Positions 34,246 to 44,298 are shown, numbered from the stretch's first letter. The stretch: DNA of 64,000 nucleotides from Actinomycetota bacterium (GCA_030650795.1 JAUSDJ010000017.1:260077-324076), one strand, 5' to 3'. Numbers and translations: made by a program. The notes: a model not told the origin generated them from the letters alone.

Positions 34246-34321
34246 GGTGGGGCGGGCGGGGCTCGAACCCGCGACGACCAGATTATGAGTCCGGGGCTCT
34301 AACCAGCTGAGCTACCGCCCC
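34246..34321 (-). tRNA. tRNA-Met (anticodon CAT; a lysidine-modified tRNA-Ile2 cannot be excluded)
   Basis: The reverse complement folds as a cloverleaf: acceptor GGGGCGG/CCGCCCC, D-arm GCTCAGCTGGTTAGAGC, anticodon stem CCGGA/TCTGG with loop CTCATAA, and T-arm GCGGGTTCGAGCCCCGC. The 3' end is ACC, so CCA is only partly encoded. Confidence 0.9.
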
Positions 34322-34379
34322 CCAACGAGCACTGCACTCTACTGAAGTGGCAGTGGGCGCCCTCGCGCCTCAGCGCTGC

Positions 34380-35333
34380 TCACGCCCTGCAGAAGTCACT
34401 CGTCCTGCCGCTGGCCGGATCTGCGGCCGGCAGTGTGGCGACTCGCGCCTTCTGCTGCGGTGGCAGCAATTCCAGCCAGCACAGCGCATGTCCGGCCAGC
34501 GCGAAGTCCTGTGCATGCTGCCCAGCCCAGACCGGACTGGCGGCACTGGCATTGGTCGACCGGTAGTCGTAGACGCCCCAGTCGAGGAAGACATTGGGAG
34601 CGGGCCTGGTGACGCCCACCTGGGTGGCGAGGAGCTCGCCAGCCGCCACGGGTACGGGCGGGCTGACGAAGGTGGTGCGCGAGTCGTTCTCCTGCGGGGC
34701 AGGGAACCTGTCAGCGATGGCCTGCATCCGCGGCGCGAGCACCAGCAGATGACCCAGCCGATTCATGATGCCGCACGGGCTCATGATGTCGAAGGTGTAC
34801 TGCACCTCGCCGCTGACGAGATAGCGGGCCCCGAGCACAACGGAGCCGGCCATCGGGGCGTGGACCGCAATCGCGTTGTCCGCGTTCGAGTCGAACCTGA
34901 ACCCGCCATGCGCCTTGTAGTTGCCGCCACGGGTCTGCCCTGGATAGAGGATCGATGTGGCCCGCGCGACGTCGACGGGAGGCTCGATCACCAGTGGCGC
35001 CGGGCACACGGGAGGCGTTCCGTTGGCGCGCCATCCGTCAGCGGTGGGTGACCACGTGATGCTGTTTGCCGATCCGAGTTGCTGGCCCTGCTGGGAGCCG
35101 CCACCACTGGAGTTCCCCTGCGGCATCCAGACCAGGCCCTTGGCTGTTCTCACGCAGACGGACTTGGTGCCAGCGATCGTTGCTCGAGCTCCCGCCTTCG
35201 TGCAGGCGCGTTGGGCCGTCGGAGCGGCAGCGGACCCTGGTACTGCTGTCATGCCCACGATGCTGACAGCGATCACGACGGTCAGCGCTCGTAGCCGACT
35301 CATGGCGAGCATCGGCTCACTTCGGGATCGCAT
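34380..35333 (-). CDS. Secreted hypothetical protein
   Basis: 317-aa ORF with a signal-like N-terminus (LTVVIAVSIVGMTAVPGSAAA) and a Cys-bounded CTKAG...C...GLVW module. Confidence 0.6.
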   Translation of the reverse strand: MRSRSEPMLAMSRLRALTVVIAVSIVGMTAVPGSAAAPTAQRACTKAGARATIAGTKSVCVRTAKGLVWMPQGNSSGGGSQQGQQLGSANSITWSPTADGWRANGTPPVCPAPLVIEPPVDVARATSILYPGQTRGGNYKAHGGFRFDSNADNAIAVHAPMAGSVVLGARYLVSGEVQYTFDIMSPCGIMNRLGHLLVLAPRMQAIADRFPAPQENDSRTTFVSPPVPVAAGELLATQVGVTRPAPNVFLDWGVYDYRSTNASAASPVWAGQHAQDFALAGHALCWLELLPPQQKARVATLPAADPASGRTSDFCRA

Positions 35334-36375
35334 TGGTCAATGATCGTGCAACGAGCACGCCGAAGCCGAGCGAAGGTGAGACCTCCGAGCCGTAGTACAT
35401 GAGCCACTTGTTCTTGCCACTGCTGATGATGTCGGGGTCACCACCGCCCGAGATGACGAACTTCTCGCTGCCGAAGGCTGTGCCGTTGGCGCTCGTGGAC
35501 ATGAAGATGCCGTACGAAGCGCCACGGTCGGCCGCGTAATAGAGCGCGATCCGGCCCTTGGCATCCGTCAGGGCGAATGGGTGCGAGCCGCTCATGGCCA
35601 ACTGCGGACCCATGGTCCATGTGAGCATGTCGGTCGAGGTCGCCGTGCGCATGACTCGTTCGGCCTGCACCCCCGGCTTCTCGAGATTGGAGAAGTAGGC
35701 ACGGTAGCCGCCCGCAACCCTCACGAGGCTGAGCGTGCCGGGTTCGAAGCCGGCCTGGGCGCTGGTGATGACTGGCCCCTCCTCGGTGAACGTGAGCCCG
35801 TTGTCTGTGCTGATCGCCGCAGTGATGGTGCCAGCACTGGTGTAGAAGAGCCGGATGCGACTGGCATCCACGCGCACGGCGCGCGGCTGCCCGGCCATCG
35901 ACTTCAGTGGCGCCACCGAGTCAGCGACGAACTTCGTCCCGGTAGCGTCCGTCGAGGTCGCCGTGCGCAATCCCGTGGGGTTGACCCACGAGTACAGACG
36001 GATGCGGCCGTCGGCGAGGCGGATCGCTGTCGGATCGGCCACCTGCTTGCCTGTGCCGCCGAAGGTGTCCTGCGTGAGCACTGGGCCGACAGACTTGAAG
36101 ATGCCCGCGGTCTTGGCCGCCGCGGCCGGCTTGGGCGGCGCGGCCGGGGCACCCGTGGCATTGCCAACCGGAGCACCGGCTGCCGGCTTCGAGCTCGGCG
36201 CCCATGTGCCATTGATGCATTCGATGGCTCCCGCCCCCAATGGCTTGACCTCGCCGGGCTTGCTGCAGGGCTCGCCCGGCAGCTCAGCGGCACTTGCCAA
36301 CGAGTCGCCGACGACAAGCGCGGCGAGTACGACGGACACGGAAAGCGCGGTGCGCACCATGGTGTGCTTTGTCAT
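35317..36375 (-). CDS. Secreted hypothetical protein (beta-propeller/sialidase-like composition)
   Basis: 352-aa ORF with signal peptide MTKHTMVRTALSVSVVLAALVVGDSLASA and a CSKPG...C.NGTW module. The repetitive beta-rich body is only weakly suggestive of a fold. Confidence 0.55.
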   Translation of the reverse strand: MTKHTMVRTALSVSVVLAALVVGDSLASAAELPGEPCSKPGEVKPLGAGAIECINGTWAPSSKPAAGAPVGNATGAPAAPPKPAAAAKTAGIFKSVGPVLTQDTFGGTGKQVADPTAIRLADGRIRLYSWVNPTGLRTATSTDATGTKFVADSVAPLKSMAGQPRAVRVDASRIRLFYTSAGTITAAISTDNGLTFTEEGPVITSAQAGFEPGTLSLVRVAGGYRAYFSNLEKPGVQAERVMRTATSTDMLTWTMGPQLAMSGSHPFALTDAKGRIALYYAADRGASYGIFMSTSANGTAFGSEKFVISGGGDPDIISSGKNKWLMYYGSEVSPSLGFGVLVARSLTNAIPK

Positions 36376-36581
36376 GTGCCGAGGCTAGTGGGCCAGAGTC
36401 TCCGGAGCCACAGATCCACGCCACGGTCCTCGCCCAGACCAGGGTCGCGATCGAATGCTCCGTTGAGCAGTCTGCGCGTGACGATCCTGGTCAGGCGCTC
36501 GCCGAGCGTGGTGTTCGTCTCTTCACTCGTTGCCAGCACGGCTGGCGCAGCGGCGCACCGGTCCGTGGTTGCATTGCTGCA

Positions 36582-36866
36582 ATGGAATCGCTGCGGATCA
36601 CGTTACGGGTGAAGCCAGGGGCCTCCCGCGCACGCGTCGGTGGCTCCTACGGCGAGCCCGCGGTGCTGATCGTCGCTGTGCATGCGCAGCCGGTCGACGG
36701 CCAGGCCAACGCGGCTGTGATCGATGCGCTTGCCACAGCGCTCGACGTGCGCAGGGCCGAGGTGAGCGTCGTGACCGGTCACACAGGTCGCACGAAGGTG
36801 GTCGAGATCGAGTGCGCTGATGCTGCCGCAGTGCAGGCGCGCGTCGACGAGCTGCTGCAGGCCTAG
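36582..36866 (+). CDS. DUF167/YggU-family protein
   Basis: The product [42 protein letters not shown] matches the UPF0235 pattern. Confidence 0.7.
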   Translation: MESLRITLRVKPGASRARVGGSYGEPAVLIVAVHAQPVDGQANAAVIDALATALDVRRAEVSVVTGHTGRTKVVEIECADAAAVQARVDELLQA

Positions 36867-37210
36867 GCCTTCTTGACCACGCTCGACTTGAGCATCATCG
36901 GGCCGAAGCCGTCGACTTTTGCGTCGATGTCGTGATCACCCGCACCTTGCACCAATCTGATGTCGCGCACCTTGGTGCCGACCTTGAGCGGTGACGCGCT
37001 GCCCTTGACCTTGACATCTTTGATGATGGTCACCGAATCGCCGTCGGTCAGAACATTGCCCACGGCATCGCGAGTGACAACTGCCGCGGTGCCGTCATCT
37101 GCACCGTCTTGCATTGACCACTCATGGGCGCACTCCGGGCACACAAACAGCCCACTCAATTCGTACGTGAACTCGCAACTGCACAGCGGGCATGGGGGCG
37201 TCTGGTCCAT
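36863..37210 (-). CDS. PhnA/YjdM-family zinc-ribbon protein
   Basis: The N-terminus has [21 protein letters not shown] and the C-terminus has [32 protein letters not shown]. Confidence 0.75.
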   Translation of the reverse strand: MDQTPPCPLCSCEFTYELSGLFVCPECAHEWSMQDGADDGTAAVVTRDAVGNVLTDGDSVTIIKDVKVKGSASPLKVGTKVRDIRLVQGAGDHDIDAKVDGFGPMMLKSSVVKKA

Positions 37211-37219
37211 ACCGCGAAC

Positions 37220-38116
37220 CTAGCCCTTGATGTTTGGGAACCTCTTCTGGGCTTCTTCCAGAGCGATCTCCGCACGCTGCTGGGCAACCCTGCGGGGTGC
37301 TGGTCCGTAGCCCTTCTCAGCGTTCTCCTTGCGCCAGTCCGCAACATCGCCAGCGTGACCGGTGATCTCCATCATTTGCAAACTGTTCTGCAGGCTGACA
37401 CGCATGCCCATCGTCTCCCAGGTGCGCTTTACTCCTGCCTTGATGCCCATCAACACCGAAAGCGGAGCCTGCGCGATCTGCCAGGCAATGAGTTCAGCCG
37501 TCTGCTCGAGTTCGTCAAGCGGCACCACACGATTGACCATGCCAATGCGCTTTGCCTCGTGCGCGTCGATGGTCTGCGAGAGGTAGAGGTATTCATAGGT
37601 CTGGTGGAAGTTCATCGTGACCCAAGGCTCGATCAGCGTCTCGCCGCCGGGGAAGCCCAGACCTTGTGGCAATGGCATCTGGAAGTACGCATCTTCTGAA
37701 GCGATAACGATGTCGTTCAGGAGTGCGAAGTAGGTGCCACCGCCGATGCAGTAGCCCTGGACGGCCGAAATGGTCGGCTTGCGGAACTCCCAAAGGTGGA
37801 GCACTGGCCACGTGAACAGCTTGGCCTGTCCGGCCCACGGGTGGCCGTGCTCGGCCGCCTCGGCAAACTCCGGGTAAGCAGGACCGCCGCTGGCGGGCAC
37901 ATCATGTCCGGCAGAGAAGCCCCTGCCATTGGCCTTCATGATGACGACCTTGATGTTGTAGTCGTTCTCCGCGTCGTTCAGGGAGTTCTCGACGTCCCAG
38001 ACCATCGCTGAACTCTGGGCATTGGCCTTCTCTGGGCGGTTCAAGATGATGCGAGCGATAGGCCCGTCCTTCTCATAGATAACGGCCTCAAGTTCATGAC
38101 GTTCCATGGGATTCAC
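37220..38116 (-). CDS. Enoyl-CoA hydratase/isomerase (crotonase) family protein
   Basis: Crotonase-like motifs ILNRPEKANAQS and GRGFSAGHD are present in a 298-aa ORF. Confidence 0.75.
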   Translation of the reverse strand: MNPMERHELEAVIYEKDGPIARIILNRPEKANAQSSAMVWDVENSLNDAENDYNIKVVIMKANGRGFSAGHDVPASGGPAYPEFAEAAEHGHPWAGQAKLFTWPVLHLWEFRKPTISAVQGYCIGGGTYFALLNDIVIASEDAYFQMPLPQGLGFPGGETLIEPWVTMNFHQTYEYLYLSQTIDAHEAKRIGMVNRVVPLDELEQTAELIAWQIAQAPLSVLMGIKAGVKRTWETMGMRVSLQNSLQMMEITGHAGDVADWRKENAEKGYGPAPRRVAQQRAEIALEEAQKRFPNIKG

Positions 38117-38298
38117 CCTTCGCTCGCATCAATTGGTCGGAGTACCTCGGGGACCCTAGCCGCTTTACCCCGTATGCCGAGGTCAAATCCGACCTTTGGG
38201 GCAAGCTTGGATCCGCCGGGTCCGGGGCCATCTGTGAGGGGAATTCGGGGCTTTGCCCACGCCACGGTTATCTTGAGGTACTGCTCCGCCACAGCCGT

Positions 38299-38772
38299 GT
38301 GTCGATCGGGGGTCAGAGGATGGGTCGCATCAAGGACGCCACGAGCGTCCGTGCTGCCCTCAGGATGATCTTGGGCGCAGTTGCCGCCTTGGGTTTGGTC
38401 TTCTTCATTGCCCAGATCCCATCTGGAACTATTACCGAGGCCGCGCCCGCGGCGAGTTCCAGCGCGACACCGCAAGCTGATGTTGCGCCTCAGTTGAGCA
38501 CGGCTGATGCGGCTGCTTGCGGACTTCTGCAAAGGGCACTCTTGCGCGTTGCCCGAGGGATGGACTTCGACCGTGCCCTCACCAATTACGCGTTCGTGCC
38601 ATGGACAACAGGGCTGCCGAGTTCAAATATGCGTGGGGTGTTCAACGCGTTCCACCGCGCCACTTCGCTTCAGCGCAACTACATGCAAGGTGAAGCCACA
38701 CAGCAGGAAGCAGCAGATTCGTTCAACAGTTCGGTTGCGGCATACGCCCAAATCTGCGAGGTCGGCGCCTGA
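38299..38772 (+). CDS. Hypothetical secreted or membrane-anchored protein
   Basis: A hydrophobic N-terminal segment reads ILGAVAALGLVFFIAQ. The start is uncertain, with an alternative ATG near 38320. Confidence 0.45.
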   Translation: MSIGGQRMGRIKDATSVRAALRMILGAVAALGLVFFIAQIPSGTITEAAPAASSSATPQADVAPQLSTADAAACGLLQRALLRVARGMDFDRALTNYAFVPWTTGLPSSNMRGVFNAFHRATSLQRNYMQGEATQQEAADSFNSSVAAYAQICEVGA

Positions 38773-38798
38773 GAAACTCGCAAGAGCGATGGTTGAGT

Positions 38799-39785
38799 TC
38801 AGACGGAGATGACGACTTTGCCCACGTGCTCCTGAGCACGCAGATGCCTGTAGGCATCTTGTGCTTGTTCAAATGCAAAGACTCGATCGACTACGGGTTG
38901 CATAGCGTTGACGTCAATCGCCGCAACCATTTCGGAGAACATCCGACGACTCCCGACGTACACCCCTCGTAAGTTCGCACTTCGAGAAAGCAGCGGAAAG
39001 GGATCGATTGGTGCCTGCCCAGAGACCATGCCGATCAGCGCAATCTCGCCACCGAATCGGGTGCAACTCATTGAACGCTGCAATGTGGCTCCACCGCCGA
39101 CCTCAACTACAAGATCAACACCCGCACCACCAGTGGCATCGAGGACCTCAAGTTGCCATTCCTCGCTCGTGCGGTAGTTGATGGTCACGTCTGCGCCAAG
39201 TTCGCGCATGCGCTCCAGCTTCGCATCGCTGCTCGAGGTGATGATCGCGCGGGCTCCAAGCATCTTCGCGAATTGAAGGCCAAATACCGAGACTCCGCCT
39301 GTGCCAAGCAAGAGGACCGTTGAGCCTGCGCGGATGTGTTGGCCCTCGACCAGCGCGTTCCAGGCAGTGAGCCCGGCGCACGGCAAGGTCGCCGTCTGTT
39401 CATCCGTCCAGTTGCGAGGGGATGTGACAACGCCGTCTTGGGACAGGATCACGGTCTCGGCGAGCATCCCGTCGATGCTGCCACCCAGAGCCGCCTCGTG
39501 GTATTTGGCTTCCATCCGGCCGTCGAGCCAGTCTTGAAAGAAGCAGCCCGCGACGCGATCACCAACAGCGACAGCACTGACTCCATCGCCGATAGCACTC
39601 ACGGTTCCAGCGCCATCTGAGAGTGGGATGCGGTTGCTCGCACTGCGCGCAAGCAACAAGTCGCGGAAGTTGAGTGAGGTGGCACCTACTCGAACTGCGA
39701 TCTCACCTGGTCCGGGGGCCTGATCAGGCAGATTTCGTATTTCTAAGCCTAGAATTCCGGCGCCAGTCAGTACTTGTGCTCGCAT
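38799..39785 (-). CDS. NADPH:quinone oxidoreductase / zinc-type alcohol dehydrogenase family (MDR)
   Basis: The N-terminal region has GPGEIAVRVGATSLNFRD and the Rossmann motif is LLGTGGVSVFGLQFAK. Confidence 0.8.
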   Translation of the reverse strand: MRAQVLTGAGILGLEIRNLPDQAPGPGEIAVRVGATSLNFRDLLLARSASNRIPLSDGAGTVSAIGDGVSAVAVGDRVAGCFFQDWLDGRMEAKYHEAALGGSIDGMLAETVILSQDGVVTSPRNWTDEQTATLPCAGLTAWNALVEGQHIRAGSTVLLLGTGGVSVFGLQFAKMLGARAIITSSSDAKLERMRELGADVTINYRTSEEWQLEVLDATGGAGVDLVVEVGGGATLQRSMSCTRFGGEIALIGMVSGQAPIDPFPLLSRSANLRGVYVGSRRMFSEMVAAIDVNAMQPVVDRVFAFEQAQDAYRHLRAQEHVGKVVISV

Positions 39786-39810
39786 GCGGCCACATTACTA
39801 AGCAGCTGAG

Positions 39811-39883
39811 CTCCCCCATCTGGACTCGAACCAGAAACCCTTCGATTAACAGTCGAATGCTCTGCCAATTGAGCTATGGGGGA
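39811..39883 (-). tRNA. tRNA-Asn (anticodon GTT)
   Basis: The reverse complement is TCCCCCATAGCTCAATTGGCAGAGCATTCGACTGTTAATCGAAGGGTTTCTGGTTCGAGTCCAGATGGGGGAG, which folds as a clean cloverleaf with anticodon loop CTGTTAA. Confidence 0.9.
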
Positions 39884-39936
39884 TTAATTGCGGCCCGCAG
39901 AGAATAGCAAGGCGCTGGACCCTCACTCGCCACAGG

Positions 39937-40440
39937 TCAAATACCCAGTGCTGACCGCAATTCGTTCAATGCGAAATCGGCTTGCGCCCGAATTTCGGGA
40001 TCAGTTGGGTCCACGCCTTCATCGAAAACCACAGTCCAGGAAATTTCATCTCCGGCTTGGCGTCGAGCCGCGGCCAAGCATTGCGAGCCGTTGGCAAGAA
40101 TCAATTTCTCGCTGACGATGACATTGGCTGTGACCTGAGTGTGGACAGCGGCTGGCAGATTTCCCGGCTCGGCCAGCGGGATGCGCAGCCTTTGACTCGT
40201 GCCTCCAACTTGCTCCGTCGTCAGTTCAAGGAATGGCTCGTTCCAGTGAGCCCGGATGATGTTCACCCACGGAATGACAGCACCCTTGGCATAAATGGCA
40301 GAGTTCGTGGCAATCACGAAGAGCTCCGGATCGCGTTGATCCGGCGCCCAAGCGATGACCCGCTCACTTGCCGGAACACCTGCCGCCTCGCGCGCAGTTT
40401 TCGGCAGGCGATTCTTGGCAACCTTGGTGAACAGGCTCAT
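39937..40440 (-). CDS. Conserved hypothetical protein downstream of dnaG
   Basis: 167-aa ORF with a 4-nt overlap with the dnaG stop. No motif was recognised. Confidence 0.5.
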   Translation of the reverse strand: MSLFTKVAKNRLPKTAREAAGVPASERVIAWAPDQRDPELFVIATNSAIYAKGAVIPWVNIIRAHWNEPFLELTTEQVGGTSQRLRIPLAEPGNLPAAVHTQVTANVIVSEKLILANGSQCLAAARRQAGDEISWTVVFDEGVDPTDPEIRAQADFALNELRSALGI

Positions 40441-42314
40441 GTCTGCTCGCCCAAGGCCGCGGCCTGCAAAGAGCGTCGATAGGTCTCAAGCTCAAGCAGC
40501 TGGGTGAAGAGTTCTTGGTGCTCCTCGCCCTGCTCTTCGGAGGCAGTGCGCTGGAGGCGTCCGCGCACATCGAGGATTCTGCGACCGGCATCAAGCTCAA
40601 GAAGTCGAGCGATGAGACTGGTGGCATAACGATCGCTGTTGATGGCGTCCGATGGCAGTGGATCTACCGACAGCTCACGGACCATTCGACGCACCTCATC
40701 GTCAGGTGATGCTGCAAGTACGGCATCGATCCACCGAAGGCCGTCGACTCTGGCAGTGGGTAATCCGGCGATCACAATGGCGGTGTGCACCTCGCGAGCT
40801 CGCGGGTGCGTAAAGGCAGAGGCTTCAAGTGCCGGGTACCACTCTTCGACAGCCGAAGGCAGTTGCAGAGCGCACTTCAAGGCCTCGCGCTCAATGGTGA
40901 AAGCCGGACCATCAGCGATTGGGATCTCCTGAGTCGGAGTTGGTCTTGGCTCAGCCGCGGGCGCCTGATTGAAACTCGGGCGCTGAGTTGGCGCTGGACG
41001 CTGGCCAACGGCAGCAGTCACGGCCGCAACGTCAAGCCCCAACCAACCGGCAAGCAAGCGAGTGTACTCGGGTCGGAGGGCAGCGTCCTTGATCTTCGCA
41101 ACCACAGGTGCGGCTTCGCGCAAGGCAGCTATTCGCCCTTCGGCGCGCTCAAGATCGTGACCCGCCAGTATCGACTTGATCGCAAACTGGAAGAGCGGCA
41201 CTCGGTGATCCACAAGCGCGACCACCGCTTCATCACCTTTGGCAAGACGCAGATCACAAGGATCCATACCGGAGGGCTCAACTGCGACAAAGGTATTGGT
41301 GACAAAGCGCTGATCTTCGTCGAAGGCGCGAAGCGCGGCCTTCTGCCCAGCTGCGTCACCATCGAAGGTGAACACCACCTCACCGCGCATCTGATCGTCA
41401 TCCATCAGAAGTCGTCGCAGCACCTTGATGTGGTCGGATCCGAATGACGTGCCACAGGTAGCGACCGCAGTGGTGATGCCGGCCAAATGACAGGCCATCA
41501 CGTCGGTGTAGCCCTCGACGATGACTGCCTGCTGTTGTTTGGAGATTTCCTTGCGAGCCATATCGAGCCCGTAGAGCACCTGACTCTTCTTATAGATAGG
41601 CGTCTCAGGTGTGTTCAAATATTTGGGACCGTCATCATCTTCATAGAGCTTGCGAGCGCCAAAGCCGATCACATCGCCGCTCAACTCGCGAATTGGCCAG
41701 ACCAGACGCCCGCGGAAGCGGTCGTAGACGCCACGATTGCCTTGGCTCAGCAGCCCACCGGCAAGCAACTCGGCGTCAGTGAACCCCTGCTTGCGCAGAG
41801 TGTTCAAGAGCGCATCCCAGGATTTCGGTGCGTAACCGACCCCGAAATTCTTGGCCGAGTCAGCATCAAAGCCTCGGGAGTTCAGAAAATCACGGCCGAT
41901 CTGAGCATCAGGACTGGCCAACTGTTCGAGATAGAACTGTGCGGCTAATTTATGCGCCTCAACCAAACGGGTGCGCTGCCCCTGCTGCCGGTTGATCGCT
42001 GCTCCACCATCGACATAGCGCAGTTCGACACCCGTCTTGCCAGCGAGCTTTTCAACAGATTCAGCGAAACTCAGATGATCGATCTTCTGCAGGAACCCAA
42101 GAACATCGCCGCCCTCACCGCAGCCAAAGCAGTACCACATGCCTCGACTTGGAGTGACATGAAAACTGGGTGATCGCTCCTCATGGAAGGGGCAAAGCCC
42201 CTTGAGGGAGCCACCTCCGGCGGACTTCAGAGTGACGTATTCACGGACCACATCGTCGATGCGGGCTCGCTCGCGCACCAGAGCGATGTCTTCATCGCGA
42301 ATCCGGCCTGCCAT
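40437..42314 (-). CDS. dnaG: DNA primase
   Basis: The zinc finger CPFHEERSPSFHV..WYCFGCGEGGD and a TOPRIM region EGYTDVM are present in a 625-aa ORF. Confidence 0.95.
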   Translation of the reverse strand: MAGRIRDEDIALVRERARIDDVVREYVTLKSAGGGSLKGLCPFHEERSPSFHVTPSRGMWYCFGCGEGGDVLGFLQKIDHLSFAESVEKLAGKTGVELRYVDGGAAINRQQGQRTRLVEAHKLAAQFYLEQLASPDAQIGRDFLNSRGFDADSAKNFGVGYAPKSWDALLNTLRKQGFTDAELLAGGLLSQGNRGVYDRFRGRLVWPIRELSGDVIGFGARKLYEDDDGPKYLNTPETPIYKKSQVLYGLDMARKEISKQQQAVIVEGYTDVMACHLAGITTAVATCGTSFGSDHIKVLRRLLMDDDQMRGEVVFTFDGDAAGQKAALRAFDEDQRFVTNTFVAVEPSGMDPCDLRLAKGDEAVVALVDHRVPLFQFAIKSILAGHDLERAEGRIAALREAAPVVAKIKDAALRPEYTRLLAGWLGLDVAAVTAAVGQRPAPTQRPSFNQAPAAEPRPTPTQEIPIADGPAFTIEREALKCALQLPSAVEEWYPALEASAFTHPRAREVHTAIVIAGLPTARVDGLRWIDAVLAASPDDEVRRMVRELSVDPLPSDAINSDRYATSLIARLLELDAGRRILDVRGRLQRTASEEQGEEHQELFTQLLELETYRRSLQAAALGEQT

Positions 42315-42346
42315 GAAGGGAGTCTAGGCGCGCTGGCTGACCGGAT

Positions 42347-43576
42347 TCATCGGATCAGTCGGGCATGCCAGTGCACCACGCTCACGTCCGTGAGGCTGGC
42401 AACCTGATCAATGATCACGCGCAAGCGTTCAGCATCAGTCTGAGCGGATTCGTACGTCTCCTTGAGCCAATTCTCCAAGGATCGACCTTCGTCGAGGCGC
42501 AGTGCGTGGACGACTTCGGCCAGGAGCTCACGCTGCCGGGCTCGCTCCGCATCGATTCCGGGACGGCCCATCACGAAGTGGACGGCAATGGCCTTCATCA
42601 CTTCAACTTCATCGCGGACCTCTTCTGGCACCACCAAATCAGCGGCATAGCGAGTGAGCGGCTGATCTCCGTGACGGATGCGGGTTGCGACCTGAGTGCT
42701 CACGCAGAACCTCGAGGTGAGGTAACTGGTTGCACGTTTGAGCGCAGCCAGAGCACGCATGGAGCCGTCGAATTCGGTCGGCCAATATTCCAGGCCGAGC
42801 AAGCGGTCAATCGCCGCATTCAGTTCAGCAACATCACGGCTCGGCCCAAGTCTCCTGCTCGCCGTCTCAACAAGAATCTTCTTGTTGACGGGGTCGCGTA
42901 GTTCCTCGAAAGTGACAAGGCCGGCCTGGATCGCATCCTCAACATCGTGAATCGAGTAGGCCACATCGTCGGCCCAGTTCATCACCTGTTCCTCGATGCA
43001 GTGTTCCTCCGCGGGTGCGCCCTCGCGCAGCCAACGAAACACTGGTTCATCATCGGCGTAGTAGCCGAATTTCGGGTTTCCCTCGCGCCTTGGCCAGGGA
43101 TATTTGCACGAGGCATCGAGTGTGGCGCGAGTGAGATTGAGACCAGCGCTTGCACCCGATTCGTCAAAGACCTTGGCTTCCAAACGCGAGACGATGCGCA
43201 GGGTCTGCGCATTGCCCTCGAAGCCGCCGATGCTGTCCGAAAGCCGGTTCAATTCGGTTTCGCCGTTGTGGCCAAAAGGCGGATGCCCAAGGTCGTGCGC
43301 GAGTCCGGCAACTTCGACTATGTCGGGATTGCAACCAAGGGCCTCACCTAATTCGCGAGCGATCTGCGCGACCTCAAGAGTGTGCGTCAATCGTGTCCGT
43401 GGAAAGTCGTTCAATCCAGTCGTCATCACCTGAGTCTTTGCTGCAAGACGCCGGAGCCCGGCTGAATGCAGGACGCGCGCTCGATCGCGCGCGAAGGGAC
43501 TGCGCACTGATTCCTTGATTGGTTCTGAGACGTACCGCACACTCGCGGATTCGTCATAACCCGGCGGAAGACTCAT
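42347..43576 (-). CDS. dgt: dGTP triphosphohydrolase-like HD-domain protein
   Basis: The motifs RLTHTLEVAQI and HDLGHPPFGH are present. The start is chosen at MSLPPGY; the ORF is open to 43648. Confidence 0.85.
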   Translation of the reverse strand: MSLPPGYDESASVRYVSEPIKESVRSPFARDRARVLHSAGLRRLAAKTQVMTTGLNDFPRTRLTHTLEVAQIARELGEALGCNPDIVEVAGLAHDLGHPPFGHNGETELNRLSDSIGGFEGNAQTLRIVSRLEAKVFDESGASAGLNLTRATLDASCKYPWPRREGNPKFGYYADDEPVFRWLREGAPAEEHCIEEQVMNWADDVAYSIHDVEDAIQAGLVTFEELRDPVNKKILVETASRRLGPSRDVAELNAAIDRLLGLEYWPTEFDGSMRALAALKRATSYLTSRFCVSTQVATRIRHGDQPLTRYAADLVVPEEVRDEVEVMKAIAVHFVMGRPGIDAERARQRELLAEVVHALRLDEGRSLENWLKETYESAQTDAERLRVIIDQVASLTDVSVVHWHARLIR

Positions 43577-43623
43577 CAGTACGACTTTAGCGGTGCGCCG
43601 TCCACCCAATCTCCCGCACAAGT

Positions 43624-44298
43624 GTGAGCATTGAGAACGTGAGTGCACCCCCCGCTACATCCTCACGCCATGGGTCTCTTCGACCAGCAATGCGAACCAA
43701 GCGCGGTTGGATCACGGCGGGAATCACGATCTCCCTCGCTTTGGTTCTGCTCATCCCAATTGGTGCCGCAATGCAGATCGTCTTCACCGCTCAGTTCGAT
43801 GATCGAAGCCCAACACAGGCCATCATCTTGATGGATCCCACGCGATTCTGGGGCGACGACCCTGCAGTTATGGCCTCTCGGGCCGACCATGCTGCAGATC
43901 TCTACAACACGGGGGTTGCCCCGGTCATCATGCTCACTGGGCGTGCCCGAACTGCAGACATAGAACGCAAACTTCTTCGCGCTCGCAGCGTGCCTGACCA
44001 AGACATCGTCAGTTTCACCACATCCATGGACACCCTTGGCTCTTTGCAGATGATCGCTGCAGTGATGAGCGATCTGGGCTGGAGTTCAGCGACGATCGTT
44101 ACTGATCCGCCAAACGCAGCACGGGCATCGGCTATTGCGTCTGGATTCGGAATTGATGCCCACCTCTCCCCTGCAATATCCGGACCAGGTTCGGCGATGA
44201 CCAGTGACTACGTTGGGCGCGAAACTGCAGCGCTGATGCGCTACTACCTGATCAGCCGATGGACTCAGCCAGAACTGGTGAAGGCCCCCCACTCCTAG
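43624..44298 (+). CDS. DUF218 (YdcF/SanA-like) membrane-anchored protein
   Basis: An N-terminal TM segment (ITAGITISLALVLLIPIG) is followed by AIILMDP...ADLYNTGVAPVIMLTG. Confidence 0.65.
   Translation: MSIENVSAPPATSSRHGSLRPAMRTKRGWITAGITISLALVLLIPIGAAMQIVFTAQFDDRSPTQAIILMDPTRFWGDDPAVMASRADHAADLYNTGVAPVIMLTGRARTADIERKLLRARSVPDQDIVSFTTSMDTLGSLQMIAAVMSDLGWSSATIVTDPPNAARASAIASGFGIDAHLSPAISGPGSAMTSDYVGRETAALMRYYLISRWTQPELVKAPHS

Noticed and set aside
35581-36612. 343-aa plus-strand ORF, together with similar long antisense ORFs (34347-35051, 37124-37699, 45900-46736, 57603-58466, 62647-63300 and others)
   Set aside because: All lie antisense to genes with strong family motifs, are Arg/Gly/Pro-rich as expected for spurious frames in high-GC DNA, and lack start-site signals.
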